A stretch of DNA of 64,000 nucleotides, taken from positions 5,670 through 69,669 of the forward strand of contig JBAZYD010000007.1 of the NCBI GenBank assembly GCA_041659465.1, read 5' to 3'. Both the position numbers and the translations under genes were made by a program. The stretch is from Candidatus Micrarchaeia archaeon. GTDB taxonomy: Archaea > Micrarchaeota > Micrarchaeia > Anstonellales > Anstonellaceae. Shown here one piece after another: positions 9,172 to 17,836 of the stretch (positions within the stretch are counted from its first letter, which is position 1; each line of letters starts with the position of its first letter). The notes under the pieces were generated by a model, which was not told the origin of the DNA, made no database searches, and saw only the letters and a list, made by a program, of their open reading frames with translations.

Positions 9172-9881
9172 GGATTGCTTTTTGCCAGTTTCCTCGCTTC
9201 GCCCCTGTTTTTCCCGGCCCCCTTTTGCAGGCGCGCGCCGCCCGGGGTTGCGCCTGAAACAAGCGATATTTCCCCTTTTTTGCATTTTGCGGACAAGGCG
9301 GCGCCTTGCAGCGGCCCGCCGTTGCTTTCATATTCCCAGCCCCATTCCTGCCCGGCAGCAAGGTGCGGGATGGAAAGCTCAAGCGGCGCGCCATCCTCCC
9401 CGCCCTGGGGGTCGCTTATCCTTATCCCGTGCAAATCCTCGCCGGCGCGCAGGAAAAGCGACACGCGCCCGCTGCTTTCTGACTTTGAAAACACCGTGCA
9501 GGGCTTTTGGAAAAACCTTGCGGCAAGGCAAAGCGCGGCAATGAATGCGATTGCCGCCCCGGCAGCAATGAAGGTGCTTTCCGCGCCGGAATATGCGCCC
9601 TGGCCGGCAGCGCCAGGAAGCGACACCCTGATTGTGATTGTCTCATTGCCGCACTGGAAGGTATAGGGGCCGGGCATGGCAGGGGAGAATCTTGCCTGCG
9701 AATCTGGGCCAAGGGGCAGCGCCTCAAGCCCGCCGGACGGGAGCGAGACGAATGCAGCGCCCTGCCCTTCGCAGAGTATGGAGATGTCGCCGCCCTGCTC
9801 GGATTGCCCTGCAAGGAACAGCGCATTTGCTGGCAGGGAAAGAAGGAGGCATGCTACCAGGAACGGGCAGGCATTACCCAA
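9168..9881 (-). CDS. Signal peptide + single-TM protein, hypothetical
   Basis: 237-aa ORF with a TTG start at 9881, only 10 nt downstream of the tRNA-Arg 3' end. N-terminus CPFLVACLLLSLPANA is signal-like, with a central TM. Confidence 0.5.
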   Translation of the reverse strand: MGNACPFLVACLLLSLPANALFLAGQSEQGGDISILCEGQGAAFVSLPSGGLEALPLGPDSQARFSPAMPGPYTFQCGNETITIRVSLPGAAGQGAYSGAESTFIAAGAAIAFIAALCLAARFFQKPCTVFSKSESSGRVSLFLRAGEDLHGIRISDPQGGEDGAPLELSIPHLAAGQEWGWEYESNGGPLQGAALSAKCKKGEISLVSGATPGGARLQKGAGKNRGEARKLAKSNP

Positions 9882-9891
9882 ATTTTCACCA

Positions 9892-9991
9892 CGGGCCCGG
9901 AGGGATTCGAACCCTCAACCGTCTGGTGTCTTCCAGGCAAATCAATATGCCAGTTCGAAGCCAGCTACTCTATCCATTGAGCTACGGGCCC
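9892..9991 (-). tRNA. tRNA-Arg (anticodon TCG) with a 27-nt canonical 37/38 intron (9928-9954)
   Basis: Hand-folded cloverleaf: GGGCCCG/CGGGCCC acceptor, GCTC..GAGT D arm, loop CTTCGAA, T arm GAGGG-TTCGAAT-CCCTC, discriminator G. Bulge-helix-bulge motif: CTTC/GAAG helix flanked by 3-nt bulges GAA and ACA. No encoded CCA. Confidence 0.9.
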
Positions 9992-10052
9992 ACTCTGATA
10001 TGCTTGACACTAAACGAATAAAAAATGAGAGTTGCTCGCCGTTGCCGGCTGC

Positions 10053-10616
10053 CTAGAACTCGTCGTAGTGCTTGGAGGGGGGTCGCACGAACAGGTAGTA
10101 TTTCGATGCGCCGCCCAGCTCCTCGTTCACGCGCGAGACTATGAGGTTCGCCGGGTCAGGGAGGAGCGAGACGCGGGACTGGATGTCCTTGAAGCTTTCA
10201 AACGGCTTTTCCTCGCGCGCGGAAAGTATCTCCTGGAGGTGCTTCTTGCCGATGCCGGAGAGGAGCTCGAGCTGGTGCAGCCTCATGGAGATTGGGCCTG
10301 ACTTGTTGAAGAACGCAACGAAATCCGCCTCGCGGTCGGAGATTATGTTCCTCGCCGCGATGGGAAGCTCGCTTCGAGACGTTGCCGACAGGTCCTGGAA
10401 CTCGAGCCTTTTCTTTATCTTCTCCACTTCCACCCTCCCTTCCTTGCCTATGCACAGGCGCTGGCCAAGCGCGCAGGCCGAGCCGCGGATAATGGAGACT
10501 TCCAAAAGCGTGAAGAACTTCTCGCCCACAAGCTGCGCTATCGGCTCGCGCATGCGGTCGGCAGGCCTGCCATCGGGCATGAAGTCGATGACGCGGGCGT
10601 ACAGTTCCATTTCCAT
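10053..10616 (-). CDS. DUF655-family protein (OB + helix-hairpin-helix), conserved archaeal neighbour of rpoF/ksgA
   Basis: MEMELYARVIDFMPDGRP...IGKKHLQEILSAREEKPFESFKDIQSRV (HhH-like). Sits in the classical L21e-RpoF-DUF655 gene order. Confidence 0.8.
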   Translation of the reverse strand: MEMELYARVIDFMPDGRPADRMREPIAQLVGEKFFTLLEVSIIRGSACALGQRLCIGKEGRVEVEKIKKRLEFQDLSATSRSELPIAARNIISDREADFVAFFNKSGPISMRLHQLELLSGIGKKHLQEILSAREEKPFESFKDIQSRVSLLPDPANLIVSRVNEELGGASKYYLFVRPPSKHYDEF

Positions 10617-10624
10617 AAAATCCA

Positions 10625-10722
10625 CTTTTTTGGAAATAGGTTGTCGAAGACAACCGTGTTTCCATATTTCCAATCCCCTAAATATGGAAATAAGCCGCCA
10701 GAGCGGCTGTGTTTCCATATTC
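10625..10722 (-). promoter_or_regulatory. Two tandem nested hairpins in the rpoF-DUF655 spacer (candidate structured leader or operator)
   Basis: Unit A: tggaaa-ta-ggttgtc-gaa-gacaacc-gtg-tttcca (10631-10664). Unit B: aatatggaaa-ta-agccgc-caga-gcggct-gtg-tttccatatt (10681-10721). Outer stem and ta/gtg internal loop are the same in both; the inner stems are unrelated. Confidence 0.5.
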
Positions 10723-10740
10723 ATTACCTACGTTAACGTT

Positions 10741-10767
10741 GATTATATTTAAGGCAATATAAAATGC
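10741..10767 (-). promoter_or_regulatory. A/T-rich TATA-like region just downstream of the rpoF stop (possible internal promoter for the DUF655 gene)
   Basis: Minus strand reads GCATTTTATATTGCCTTAAATATAATC. If used, it gives a 5' leader of at least 100 nt that contains the hairpins. Confidence 0.35.
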
Positions 10768-10773
10768 TATGCG

Positions 10774-11232
10774 TCAGTCTGCCTTTTTCTTTTCCTTCGC
10801 GTCCTCGGCAGGCGCATCGGAGGGTTTGGCCTCGGCTGCAGGCGCATCAGGCAGCACTTCCACTTTCGGCTCGAACTTCCTTGCCTTCTTGGAGTATTCC
10901 GCGATGAGCGCCTCCACCTTCTCCATCTTCTTCTCGGCAAGCTCGACTTTGTCCTTCACCAGTATGAGCATGAGCTGGCTCTTGTTCTTCGGGAGGATGT
11001 CCACGATTTTCACCGCGGTTTCCGTCTTTACCTCGAGCTTCCCAAGCTCGTCGAGCATCTCCTTCGCATCGTTGTACTTCAGGTGGGAAAATCGCTTTGC
11101 GTACTCAAGGGAGGTCTGCTGCTCGAAGCCGAACTCGCCTGCCGTGCCCTGCCTCTTGTCGAGTATCTTCTCCACTTCGGCAAGCATTGCCGGGCGGATT
11201 TCGTTTGCGCCTTTTCCTATCATTTGAACCAC
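10774..11232 (-). CDS. rpoF: DNA-directed RNA polymerase subunit F (Rpo4)
   Basis: MLAEVEKILDKRQ...FGFEQQTSLEYAKRFSHL...AVKIVDILPKN is the HRDC-like Rpo4 pattern. Lies directly downstream of L21e. Confidence 0.85.
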   Translation of the reverse strand: MVQMIGKGANEIRPAMLAEVEKILDKRQGTAGEFGFEQQTSLEYAKRFSHLKYNDAKEMLDELGKLEVKTETAVKIVDILPKNKSQLMLILVKDKVELAEKKMEKVEALIAEYSKKARKFEPKVEVLPDAPAAEAKPSDAPAEDAKEKKKAD

Positions 11233-11235
11233 CGT

Positions 11236-11520
11236 TTATTTCTTCCCCACTGCCTGGAGGTGCACCGGGGGGATGATAAGCCTCTTTGTGGCGTTCATGT
11301 CGGAAATCTCCACCACGTATGACTTGCCGCGCTGCGCCACAATCGTGCCTGTCCTTCCGCGGTAGCGCGGGTGCGGCATCCCGGAGTACTTCGACTGCGA
11401 GTCGATTGCCACGCAGTCGCCGACGGAGTAGCCGCTTATAAGCCCGGGTATCGTGAGCTTGCGCTTGGACATCCCAAGCAGCCTGCTTCTTTTTGACATT
11501 TTTCCAAGTGAGCGCCTCAT
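11236..11520 (-). CDS. rpl21e: 50S ribosomal protein L21e
   Basis: SKRSR...GDCVAIDSQSKYSGMPHPRYRGRTGTIVAQRGKSYVVEI is the L21e signature. The true start may be the internal ATG at 11499. Confidence 0.9.
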   Translation of the reverse strand: MRRSLGKMSKRSRLLGMSKRKLTIPGLISGYSVGDCVAIDSQSKYSGMPHPRYRGRTGTIVAQRGKSYVVEISDMNATKRLIIPPVHLQAVGKK

Positions 11521-11632
11521 GTTTCATCACCTTAATAGCATCCGATGGCGTCTTGCGGCCAAGCGCCGCAGCCAGGGGATGATTACCCTGCGTCTAGTTT
11601 AAATACCTTGCCCTTTTAAATATCTCAGACGG

Positions 11633-11640
11633 TTTAAAAA
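11633..11640 (+). promoter_or_regulatory. TATA box for tbp
   Basis: tttaaaaa lies 24-31 nt upstream of the ATG at 11664. It overlaps the first in-frame ATG at 11640, which argues against that start. Confidence 0.5.
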
Positions 11641-11663
11641 TGTTTGTATGGGGCTGGTTCTAT

Positions 11664-12290
11664 ATGAAAAAGAGCATGAAGAAAAAGAAATCCAGGAAAG
11701 GCAGCATGCCCCAGATTGCCATAAAGCCGACATTCAAGATAGAGAACATCGTCGCCTCGTCCGAGCTTGGCCTCGAACTTGACCTTTACACCATCGCATA
11801 CAAGCTCCACGACGTGGAATACGAGCCGGAGCAGTTCCCCGGCGCCATATTGAAGCTGAAGGAGCCGAAAACCTCGCTGCTGCTTTTCAAGAACGGCAAA
11901 ATCATCTGCGCAGGCGGGAAGAACGAGAGGGACGTGACCGAGGCGATTGCAAAGACCATGCAGATGCTCGAGAAATACTCGAAAATCACGCCCCCGAAGA
12001 ACTTCAAGCCGAAATTCGTCATCCAGAATATTGTAGCATCCGCTGCATTGGGCGTGGAGCTTGACCTGTACGGGATAGCGTCCGAAGTTCCCGACGTGGA
12101 ATACGAGCCTGAGCAGTTCCCCGGAGCAATCCTCAAGTTCCTTGTCCCGAAAACCTCGCTGCTGCTTTTCAAGAACGGGAAAATCATCTGCACAGGAGGA
12201 AGGAGCGAGGCCGACGTGTCAGCCGCGCTCCACCAGGCCGCAAAGCTGCTCGCGCCCTATTCCTCGCCGCTGCCGATAAAGAAGGACTGA
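11664..12290 (+). CDS. tbp: TATA-box binding protein
   Basis: Two direct repeats: IENIVASSELGLELDLYTIA...EYEPEQFPGAILKL...LLLFKNGKIICAGG, and IQNIVASAALGVELDLYGIA...LLLFKNGKIICTGG. Confidence 0.92.
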   Translation: MKKSMKKKKSRKGSMPQIAIKPTFKIENIVASSELGLELDLYTIAYKLHDVEYEPEQFPGAILKLKEPKTSLLLFKNGKIICAGGKNERDVTEAIAKTMQMLEKYSKITPPKNFKPKFVIQNIVASAALGVELDLYGIASEVPDVEYEPEQFPGAILKFLVPKTSLLLFKNGKIICTGGRSEADVSAALHQAAKLLAPYSSPLPIKKD

Positions 12291-12308
12291 GGCTTGCCGC
12301 GCAGGGGC

Positions 12309-12599
12309 ATGAGCATGATGTTTCGCGCTTGTTTCATAGCGTCAGGCCGCGTGCAGGGCGTGGGCTTCAGGGATTTCGTTTGCCGCATAGGCACGTCCAT
12401 TGGCCTCACAGGCTATGCAAAAAATCTTCCCGACGGCACGGTGGAAATCGTCGCAGAAGGCGAGGCTGCGAAAATCGAGGAGCTCGCGCGGCGCGTGTCG
12501 GTGCGCATGCTAAACGGCATACACGTAGACAAAATGGAGGAGAAAGAGAAAATTGAAATCGCGCGCAGGCAATTCGCTTCTTTTGGAGTGCAGTACTAA
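12309..12599 (+). CDS. acyP: Acylphosphatase
   Basis: GRVQGVGFRDFVCRIGTSIGLTGYAKNLPDGTVEIVAEGE is the classical acylphosphatase motif. Confidence 0.85.
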   Translation: MSMMFRACFIASGRVQGVGFRDFVCRIGTSIGLTGYAKNLPDGTVEIVAEGEAAKIEELARRVSVRMLNGIHVDKMEEKEKIEIARRQFASFGVQY

Positions 12600-13232
12600 C
12601 TACAGGAAAGCCAAGCCGCACACCGCGCCGAAGATTGCGCATATCGCGTTCGTGGTCGCCTTGCTGCCGATGCCGCGCTCCTCGAGCACGCCGACAATGC
12701 TGTCCACCATGCTGCCGCCGAACCCGACCAGGCCTATTGCAACGACCTTGCGCAGGTCAAGCCCTGGGATGAGGAACATTGCCGCAAGGCCTATGAGAAG
12801 CGCGCCGTCAAGGGACATCAATGTGCCGAAGATGGTGATTGCGCCGTTCCTTCCCGCCTTTGTCTTCTTGAAGTTCAGAAGCGAAATCGGCTCGCCGCCA
12901 AGCACGCCAAGCTCGGACGCGAACTTGTCAGCTGTGATTGCCGCGATGGAGCCCACATAGGCGCCCCACCCTATCCAGGGGCTTGCAACCGCGCATATTG
13001 TCGGGATGAGCCCGTTTGCCAGCACGTTTTCCCAGCTCCTCTCGTGCTCGTAAAGCCCTAAGTCGCGCTTTTTCTCAAACCCGTAGCGGGTGACAAGCAC
13101 GGAAAGCACGAGGAATATGAGCATTATTGCAAGGAAAACAGGGTTGGCAAGCGCAACGATTATGCCCATTATGGCGGCAAGGCCCAATCCTGCGAAATCC
13201 AAGAGTGCGACGTTTGCCTTCGTTGCCATCAT
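12600..13232 (-). CDS. DUF92/TMEM19-family integral membrane protein
   Basis: Polytopic protein with ADKFASELG, GAITIFGTLMSLDGA and GGSMVDSIVG motifs, recalled from DUF92 proteins. Abuts the acyP stop. Confidence 0.65.
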   Translation of the reverse strand: MMATKANVALLDFAGLGLAAIMGIIVALANPVFLAIMLIFLVLSVLVTRYGFEKKRDLGLYEHERSWENVLANGLIPTICAVASPWIGWGAYVGSIAAITADKFASELGVLGGEPISLLNFKKTKAGRNGAITIFGTLMSLDGALLIGLAAMFLIPGLDLRKVVAIGLVGFGGSMVDSIVGVLEERGIGSKATTNAICAIFGAVCGLAFL

Positions 13233-13238
13233 ACCACC

Positions 13239-14366
13239 TTATCCTTCGACCTTGGCAACCCTGTCACTGCCAAAGGTAATATTCCTTCCTGTCATGGCGC
13301 GCATTACATCGGCGTTTGTCAAAAGATGCGGGGAAAACGCCGGCGTGGAAAACTCCGTTTTCCCCTCCGCGAGCACGGCGTGGATGAGGAGCTGGTCAGC
13401 CAAATGCGAGTCAACCGAGCAGCCCGGCTGCAAAATTGCGCCCTGCCGCGCGCCATCGCCCGCCTGCATCCCGCGCATGAGCTCCGCGCATGCCTCCTGT
13501 GCCACTTTTTCCGCGGGCTTTCCCCTTTCGCCAAGCGCAGATGCGCCGAATGCGCCGCTCCAAACCGTGAGTGCGTTGCCTGCGCATGATGCTTCCACTG
13601 CGCGTGCGCCGCCTGTTGCGCCGGGGAAGAGTTTTTTCACTTCCGCCTCCTCGCGCTGCAGGACGTGCGGGGGAAGCGAGGAGGCGAGGATGGAATACTT
13701 CACCTGCTGCGCCTCGGGCAGGAATTTGCAGCCGCGAAGCTTTGATGGCTCAGCCTTCAGCGAAACGATGCCGCCGCCTTTGGGGTAAAAGCCCGCGCGC
13801 TGCATCTTTGCCTCTGCGCGCACGCCGAACTTGCGGGCAGCAGGCAAAAACACCTCGGAAAAATACTCAAACGATGGCGAGTGCGACACGTGCGTGCCGC
13901 CAATTACCTCAAGGGAGCTCGGGTGCGCTGCGTGCGCAAGCACGGGAAGCGCCGCCTGAAGGAGAAGGGTGCATGAGCCTGCCGTTCCGATGTCGAATTT
14001 GTAGTCCCCGCCGGAAATTTTCCCAGGCAAGAATGTCAGCTCCGTGGAGCCAAGCGTTGCACCATGCATGCGCGCGCCGCAAATTTCGGATAGAAGATTG
14101 CACACCGTAAGATGCTGCGCGGCAAGGCCGGGCTTTGGCCTGCCTGCGCGGATGTTTGTGATGCGCACGGGCGCCTGGAGCACGCAGGAAAGGGAAAGCG
14201 CGGTGCGCAGCACCTGGCCGCCGCCCTCGCCCTGCGAGCCGTCAACTACTCGGGCCTGAAGGCCCGTATGCGCAGCCCAAGCGCCTTCAGCCTCGGCGCG
14301 CCCGGCTTCCGCCGCTCTGCCCGATGAGGGCGGGCGCGCCCGAGTAGTTGAGTCTATTTCAAGCAT
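13239..14366 (-). CDS. rtcA: RNA 3'-terminal phosphate cyclase
   Basis: DGSQGEGGGQVLRTALSLS...ITNIRAGRPKPGL..., GGTHVSHSPSFEY, VDSHLADQLL. Start taken at MLEIDS (ATG 14366); a GTG just before VVDGSQGEGGG is an alternative. Confidence 0.85.
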   Translation of the reverse strand: MLEIDSTTRARPPSSGRAAEAGRAEAEGAWAAHTGLQARVVDGSQGEGGGQVLRTALSLSCVLQAPVRITNIRAGRPKPGLAAQHLTVCNLLSEICGARMHGATLGSTELTFLPGKISGGDYKFDIGTAGSCTLLLQAALPVLAHAAHPSSLEVIGGTHVSHSPSFEYFSEVFLPAARKFGVRAEAKMQRAGFYPKGGGIVSLKAEPSKLRGCKFLPEAQQVKYSILASSLPPHVLQREEAEVKKLFPGATGGARAVEASCAGNALTVWSGAFGASALGERGKPAEKVAQEACAELMRGMQAGDGARQGAILQPGCSVDSHLADQLLIHAVLAEGKTEFSTPAFSPHLLTNADVMRAMTGRNITFGSDRVAKVEG

Positions 14367-14430
14367 GGAAAATGTAGAGGGGAGAAGGAATAAAACGCCC
14401 ACAGCCCGTCCGCGCGCGCAAACTGCAGCA

Positions 14431-15723
14431 TCATAGCCACGCCAGGCGGCGCGCAAGCGCCGCGGCGCCAATGGCAAACGGGAGGGCGAATGCAGCCGCG
14501 ACAATCGAGAAGTCCGGGAACGCCCCCTGCTGCTGCCGCGACGGGTAGGCCGCCGCAGCCACCCCGTCGCTTGCCTGCCTTTTTGCCATTGCGCCAATGC
14601 TGCCGCCTGGTGCGCCAGGCGATGAGAAAGGCGCTGGCTCGCGCACGGAAAATTCGCGCGGGAATTCCTGCTTGCGGGAGAATGCGTCCTCGATGATGAT
14701 TGTGAAGTTCGCCTTGCCTGCTGAGGCGTGCCAGGGGAATTCCAGGTAGAACGGCACATAGGACGCGTTTTTGTCCACAAGCTGATATGGGAAAATTGGC
14801 GCGCCTGCGTTGATGAAAACGCCTGATGCGGCTTGGGGCGGCGGTGAAAATTCCCTGCCCGCGATAGCCTCCCCGCACGGGCCCGTGCCTGCAGAAAACA
14901 AATAGGGCTGCACTGATGCGATTTCCCTGCCGTTGGAAACAAGGGAGATGCTTGCAGGCAGGCGGCGGGCAAACAGCGCCACCCTGCCGGTCCCATTCCC
15001 GCTCAGGCGCGAGGAAAGGGGAGGGTTCAGCCAAAGGACTGAGTCCGGCCCCACTTCCACGGAAAAATTGCGCGCGTCGGAAACGGTGCGATGGAATGCG
15101 CGGATGCCCTGGCTGTAATCAACCTCGCAGCCGCACCCAGTATATCCACCCATGCTGGTGCAGCGGTAGGAGTAGCCGCTTTTTGCAAATGAATAGGAAA
15201 CCGAGATGGTGGCTGAGAGGGAGAGGGAAAGGGGGGCAAAAGGCTGCAGGAAGTCCGCGCCGGCCAGCTTTGCAGAGGATAGGTTCAGGGGCGCGGGGTT
15301 TGGCCCCGAGGAAGAAAGCAAGAGCGCGGTTGTCGAGTTCCCATACCGGTAGGAAAGCTCGCCTGACAGCGATGGGGAGGAGGGCGCAAAATAGCGGATT
15401 TCCCCGGCTGGGCAGCGCATATCGTCCCTGATGGAAAAACGCGCGCTTGGCGGGAAAGATGCCGACCATGACCAGATGGCGGAGGCGTTTTGCAGGTCGG
15501 TTGTCGCATTGCTAACCTGCGGGACAAGGGAGACGATGCGGGCATCCGCCACGGAAAAGATGTCGCCTGCGGAAGGCAGCCGCTCTGGCGCGCCGCATGC
15601 GTTTGCGGCGCCAAGCAGGGAAGGGGCAAGCGCGATGTTTTGGGAGGATGCCTGCCCGACAGCAGCGGCTGCGAAGATGGGCGCGCAGAGCAGGAGCAGT
15701 GAAAAGTAAAGGGCGTTTCCCAT
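14431..15723 (-). CDS. Secreted protein with a C-terminal hydrophobic anchor, hypothetical
   Basis: MGNALYFSLLLLCAPIFAAAA is signal-like. Many N-x-S/T sequons. C-terminus is PDFSIVAAAFALPFAIGAAALARRLAWL. Starts 7 nt after the upstream stop. Confidence 0.6.
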   Translation of the reverse strand: MGNALYFSLLLLCAPIFAAAAVGQASSQNIALAPSLLGAANACGAPERLPSAGDIFSVADARIVSLVPQVSNATTDLQNASAIWSWSASFPPSARFSIRDDMRCPAGEIRYFAPSSPSLSGELSYRYGNSTTALLLSSSGPNPAPLNLSSAKLAGADFLQPFAPLSLSLSATISVSYSFAKSGYSYRCTSMGGYTGCGCEVDYSQGIRAFHRTVSDARNFSVEVGPDSVLWLNPPLSSRLSGNGTGRVALFARRLPASISLVSNGREIASVQPYLFSAGTGPCGEAIAGREFSPPPQAASGVFINAGAPIFPYQLVDKNASYVPFYLEFPWHASAGKANFTIIIEDAFSRKQEFPREFSVREPAPFSSPGAPGGSIGAMAKRQASDGVAAAAYPSRQQQGAFPDFSIVAAAFALPFAIGAAALARRLAWL

Positions 15724-15730
15724 GACACCA

Positions 15731-17734
15731 CTAGGGCAGAATCCCCCCAAGCCCGTTCCTGCTTGCAACCGTGAAAACAAGCTTGTCGTTTTCCAAGGCG
15801 AGCAGCACCTGGCTGTTCTCAAAGCCGGGCACGGCAAGCTCCTCGGTGAACTTCCCGAGCTCTTCGCTGCTTTCAAACACCACCGCGCGGCACGCCTTCC
15901 CAATCCCGGGCAGCAGCTGCTTCTTCCCCCTGAAAAGCGCAAGCTCAAGCTCCCCTTTTTTCACCGTGATTGCCGGCTTCCTTGAAAAGCGCAATCCCCG
16001 CTCAAGCATGCATTCGTGGATGGTGCGGAGCATCATAAGCTCGCGCGCGGAGAACCCGCCCATCCGCGCCCTTGGGATGAACGCCCCATCATGCTCTGCA
16101 AAAAACCCGTCGGATGACAGCTTGCAAAGTATGCGCTGCACGCTGTGCGCGTTCACGGGCAATGCGCCTTGCCCGCCATTTCCCGGCAGGAGCCCTGCTG
16201 CGATTTCATGGGGATGGCAGGGCAGGGAAAAGCCGCCGAGCTTCTTGTCCGCGCGGACGTAGGCCGAGGCGACCTCCCTGGCGCCTACGCAGAGCACCTT
16301 CGGGTCGGAAAGCGCGACTTCCGGGAAGGAGATGGAGTATTTCGTGCGCTTGCCTGCGCGCAGGAGAAGGAAAACCGCGAGGACAAAAATCGCCGCTGGC
16401 ACGCCAAAGCGCAGGTAGGTGTCGATGAGCGCGCCCATGCCCGATTGCTGCGGCACGAACGGGTAATCCGCCCTCGAGCCTGAAAGCCCGAACCCGAAGG
16501 TGTGGTTGCCCGGAGGGGGCGCGGACCAGATGACAAGGCGGCCTTCATGCACGGAATAGTTTTTTGGCGCCCCGCCGTCAAGCCTTGCCGACATGGCGCC
16601 TTCAGCAGGAACATTGTCAAGAAGCGCCAGGAATTCGTACCTGTTGCCGTCCGCGGACACGGGCATGACGGAAAGCATGGGCACGGACACAAAGGCGGAA
16701 GCGTGCACGCGGGCGAACTGGTCCATCACGCGCACCACATACCTGCCGCCCCTAGGAAAGCCCATGGAGAACCTGCTTGCAAAGCCCTGCCTTACCTCCC
16801 CGCCGGCAATTTTGCGGCGGAACGCCTCCCCTTCAGGCAGGAATGCCACTGCGGAAAAGCTGAGGTTCCTGCCCACCTCGCCCCCGCCGAGGAGCGAAAA
16901 TTCGTAAATGCCATCCTGCCCTGCCGCAAGATGCGCAGGCCCGATTAAGCTGCCAGGCGTGGGGGATAGTTTTCCGCTGTCGGAAAACCTGTAATTGCCC
17001 ATGCCTGCCTCGCACACTGCGCGGCAATAGGCGGCGCTTGAGTTTACCGGCACCGCGAGCGTGGCGTTGCCAGGCAAGGATAGGGAGCGCACGGTTTGGG
17101 CGCCTGCCAGGAAAATCGCGCGCCTTGCCGTTTCCGCCATTGCGCCCCCGTCGTTGGAAGGCGGCAGGCGCACCAGCTCGAAATTTCCCGGAAGGCTTCC
17201 GTTCATCTGCGCAAGGTTGCCGTTTTCATCCATTGTTTTCCCTGGCAGCGCCTCAAGCACGATTACGCGGGTATTTTGCGACTCAAGCGCAAGGGCATCT
17301 TGAAGGAGGGGAAGCGGGATTGCGCCTGCCGGGGAGATTATGAGCGTGTTTTCCGAAGAGAGCGCATCCGCAAGGGATGCAGCACGGGAGGAAAGCCCGC
17401 TCTTCATGAGCGCGGCGGATATTTTCAAGGGCAGGCCTGCATCCACGCCGGGCGCGGACGGGAATGCGAGCAGGAGGATGTTGTTTTGCAGGGGGCGGGG
17501 CGAGCAATAGGCGGACAGGTTGCGCGCGGAATCCGAGGCGAGGTAGAGCCGCAGCACTGCAGATTGCGATGCGTTTGCGCCAGCGTCCGCGATTTCCGCC
17601 GAGCGGATGCCGAATGCCGCCTGCGCGCGCTCGCCCGCCTGCGCCTGCTGCGGCGGCGCGCCAGGGAAAGGGATGAGCAAAACGAGGAAAAAGGCGATAA
17701 AGAGAAGCGCGATGGCTCCCACCAGCCTGCGCAT
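15731..17734 (-). CDS. Bitopic envelope protein with a cytoplasmic C-terminal domain, hypothetical
   Basis: Start at MRRLVGAIALLFIAFFLVLLIPF (ATG 17734). About 430-aa external part, a second TM (VPAAIFVLAVFLLLRAG), and an about 190-aa C-terminal domain. No family recognised. Confidence 0.6.
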   Translation of the reverse strand: MRRLVGAIALLFIAFFLVLLIPFPGAPPQQAQAGERAQAAFGIRSAEIADAGANASQSAVLRLYLASDSARNLSAYCSPRPLQNNILLLAFPSAPGVDAGLPLKISAALMKSGLSSRAASLADALSSENTLIISPAGAIPLPLLQDALALESQNTRVIVLEALPGKTMDENGNLAQMNGSLPGNFELVRLPPSNDGGAMAETARRAIFLAGAQTVRSLSLPGNATLAVPVNSSAAYCRAVCEAGMGNYRFSDSGKLSPTPGSLIGPAHLAAGQDGIYEFSLLGGGEVGRNLSFSAVAFLPEGEAFRRKIAGGEVRQGFASRFSMGFPRGGRYVVRVMDQFARVHASAFVSVPMLSVMPVSADGNRYEFLALLDNVPAEGAMSARLDGGAPKNYSVHEGRLVIWSAPPPGNHTFGFGLSGSRADYPFVPQQSGMGALIDTYLRFGVPAAIFVLAVFLLLRAGKRTKYSISFPEVALSDPKVLCVGAREVASAYVRADKKLGGFSLPCHPHEIAAGLLPGNGGQGALPVNAHSVQRILCKLSSDGFFAEHDGAFIPRARMGGFSARELMMLRTIHECMLERGLRFSRKPAITVKKGELELALFRGKKQLLPGIGKACRAVVFESSEELGKFTEELAVPGFENSQVLLALENDKLVFTVASRNGLGGILP

Positions 17735-17836
17735 GGCAAAATGTCGCAGGCAAAACATAAAACCCTGCCTTTCCGCCTGCCTGCAACAGGATGGTTTATA
17801 TACCTTTCTTAACATATCAAACCACAGGTGATATTG

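Noticed and set aside
14367-14996. N-terminal 210 aa of the 585-aa ORF 13239-14996
   Set aside because: It would overlap the 431-aa secreted-protein gene. The sequence upstream of MLEIDS is P/R/A/S junk, and RtcA homology starts only after 14366.
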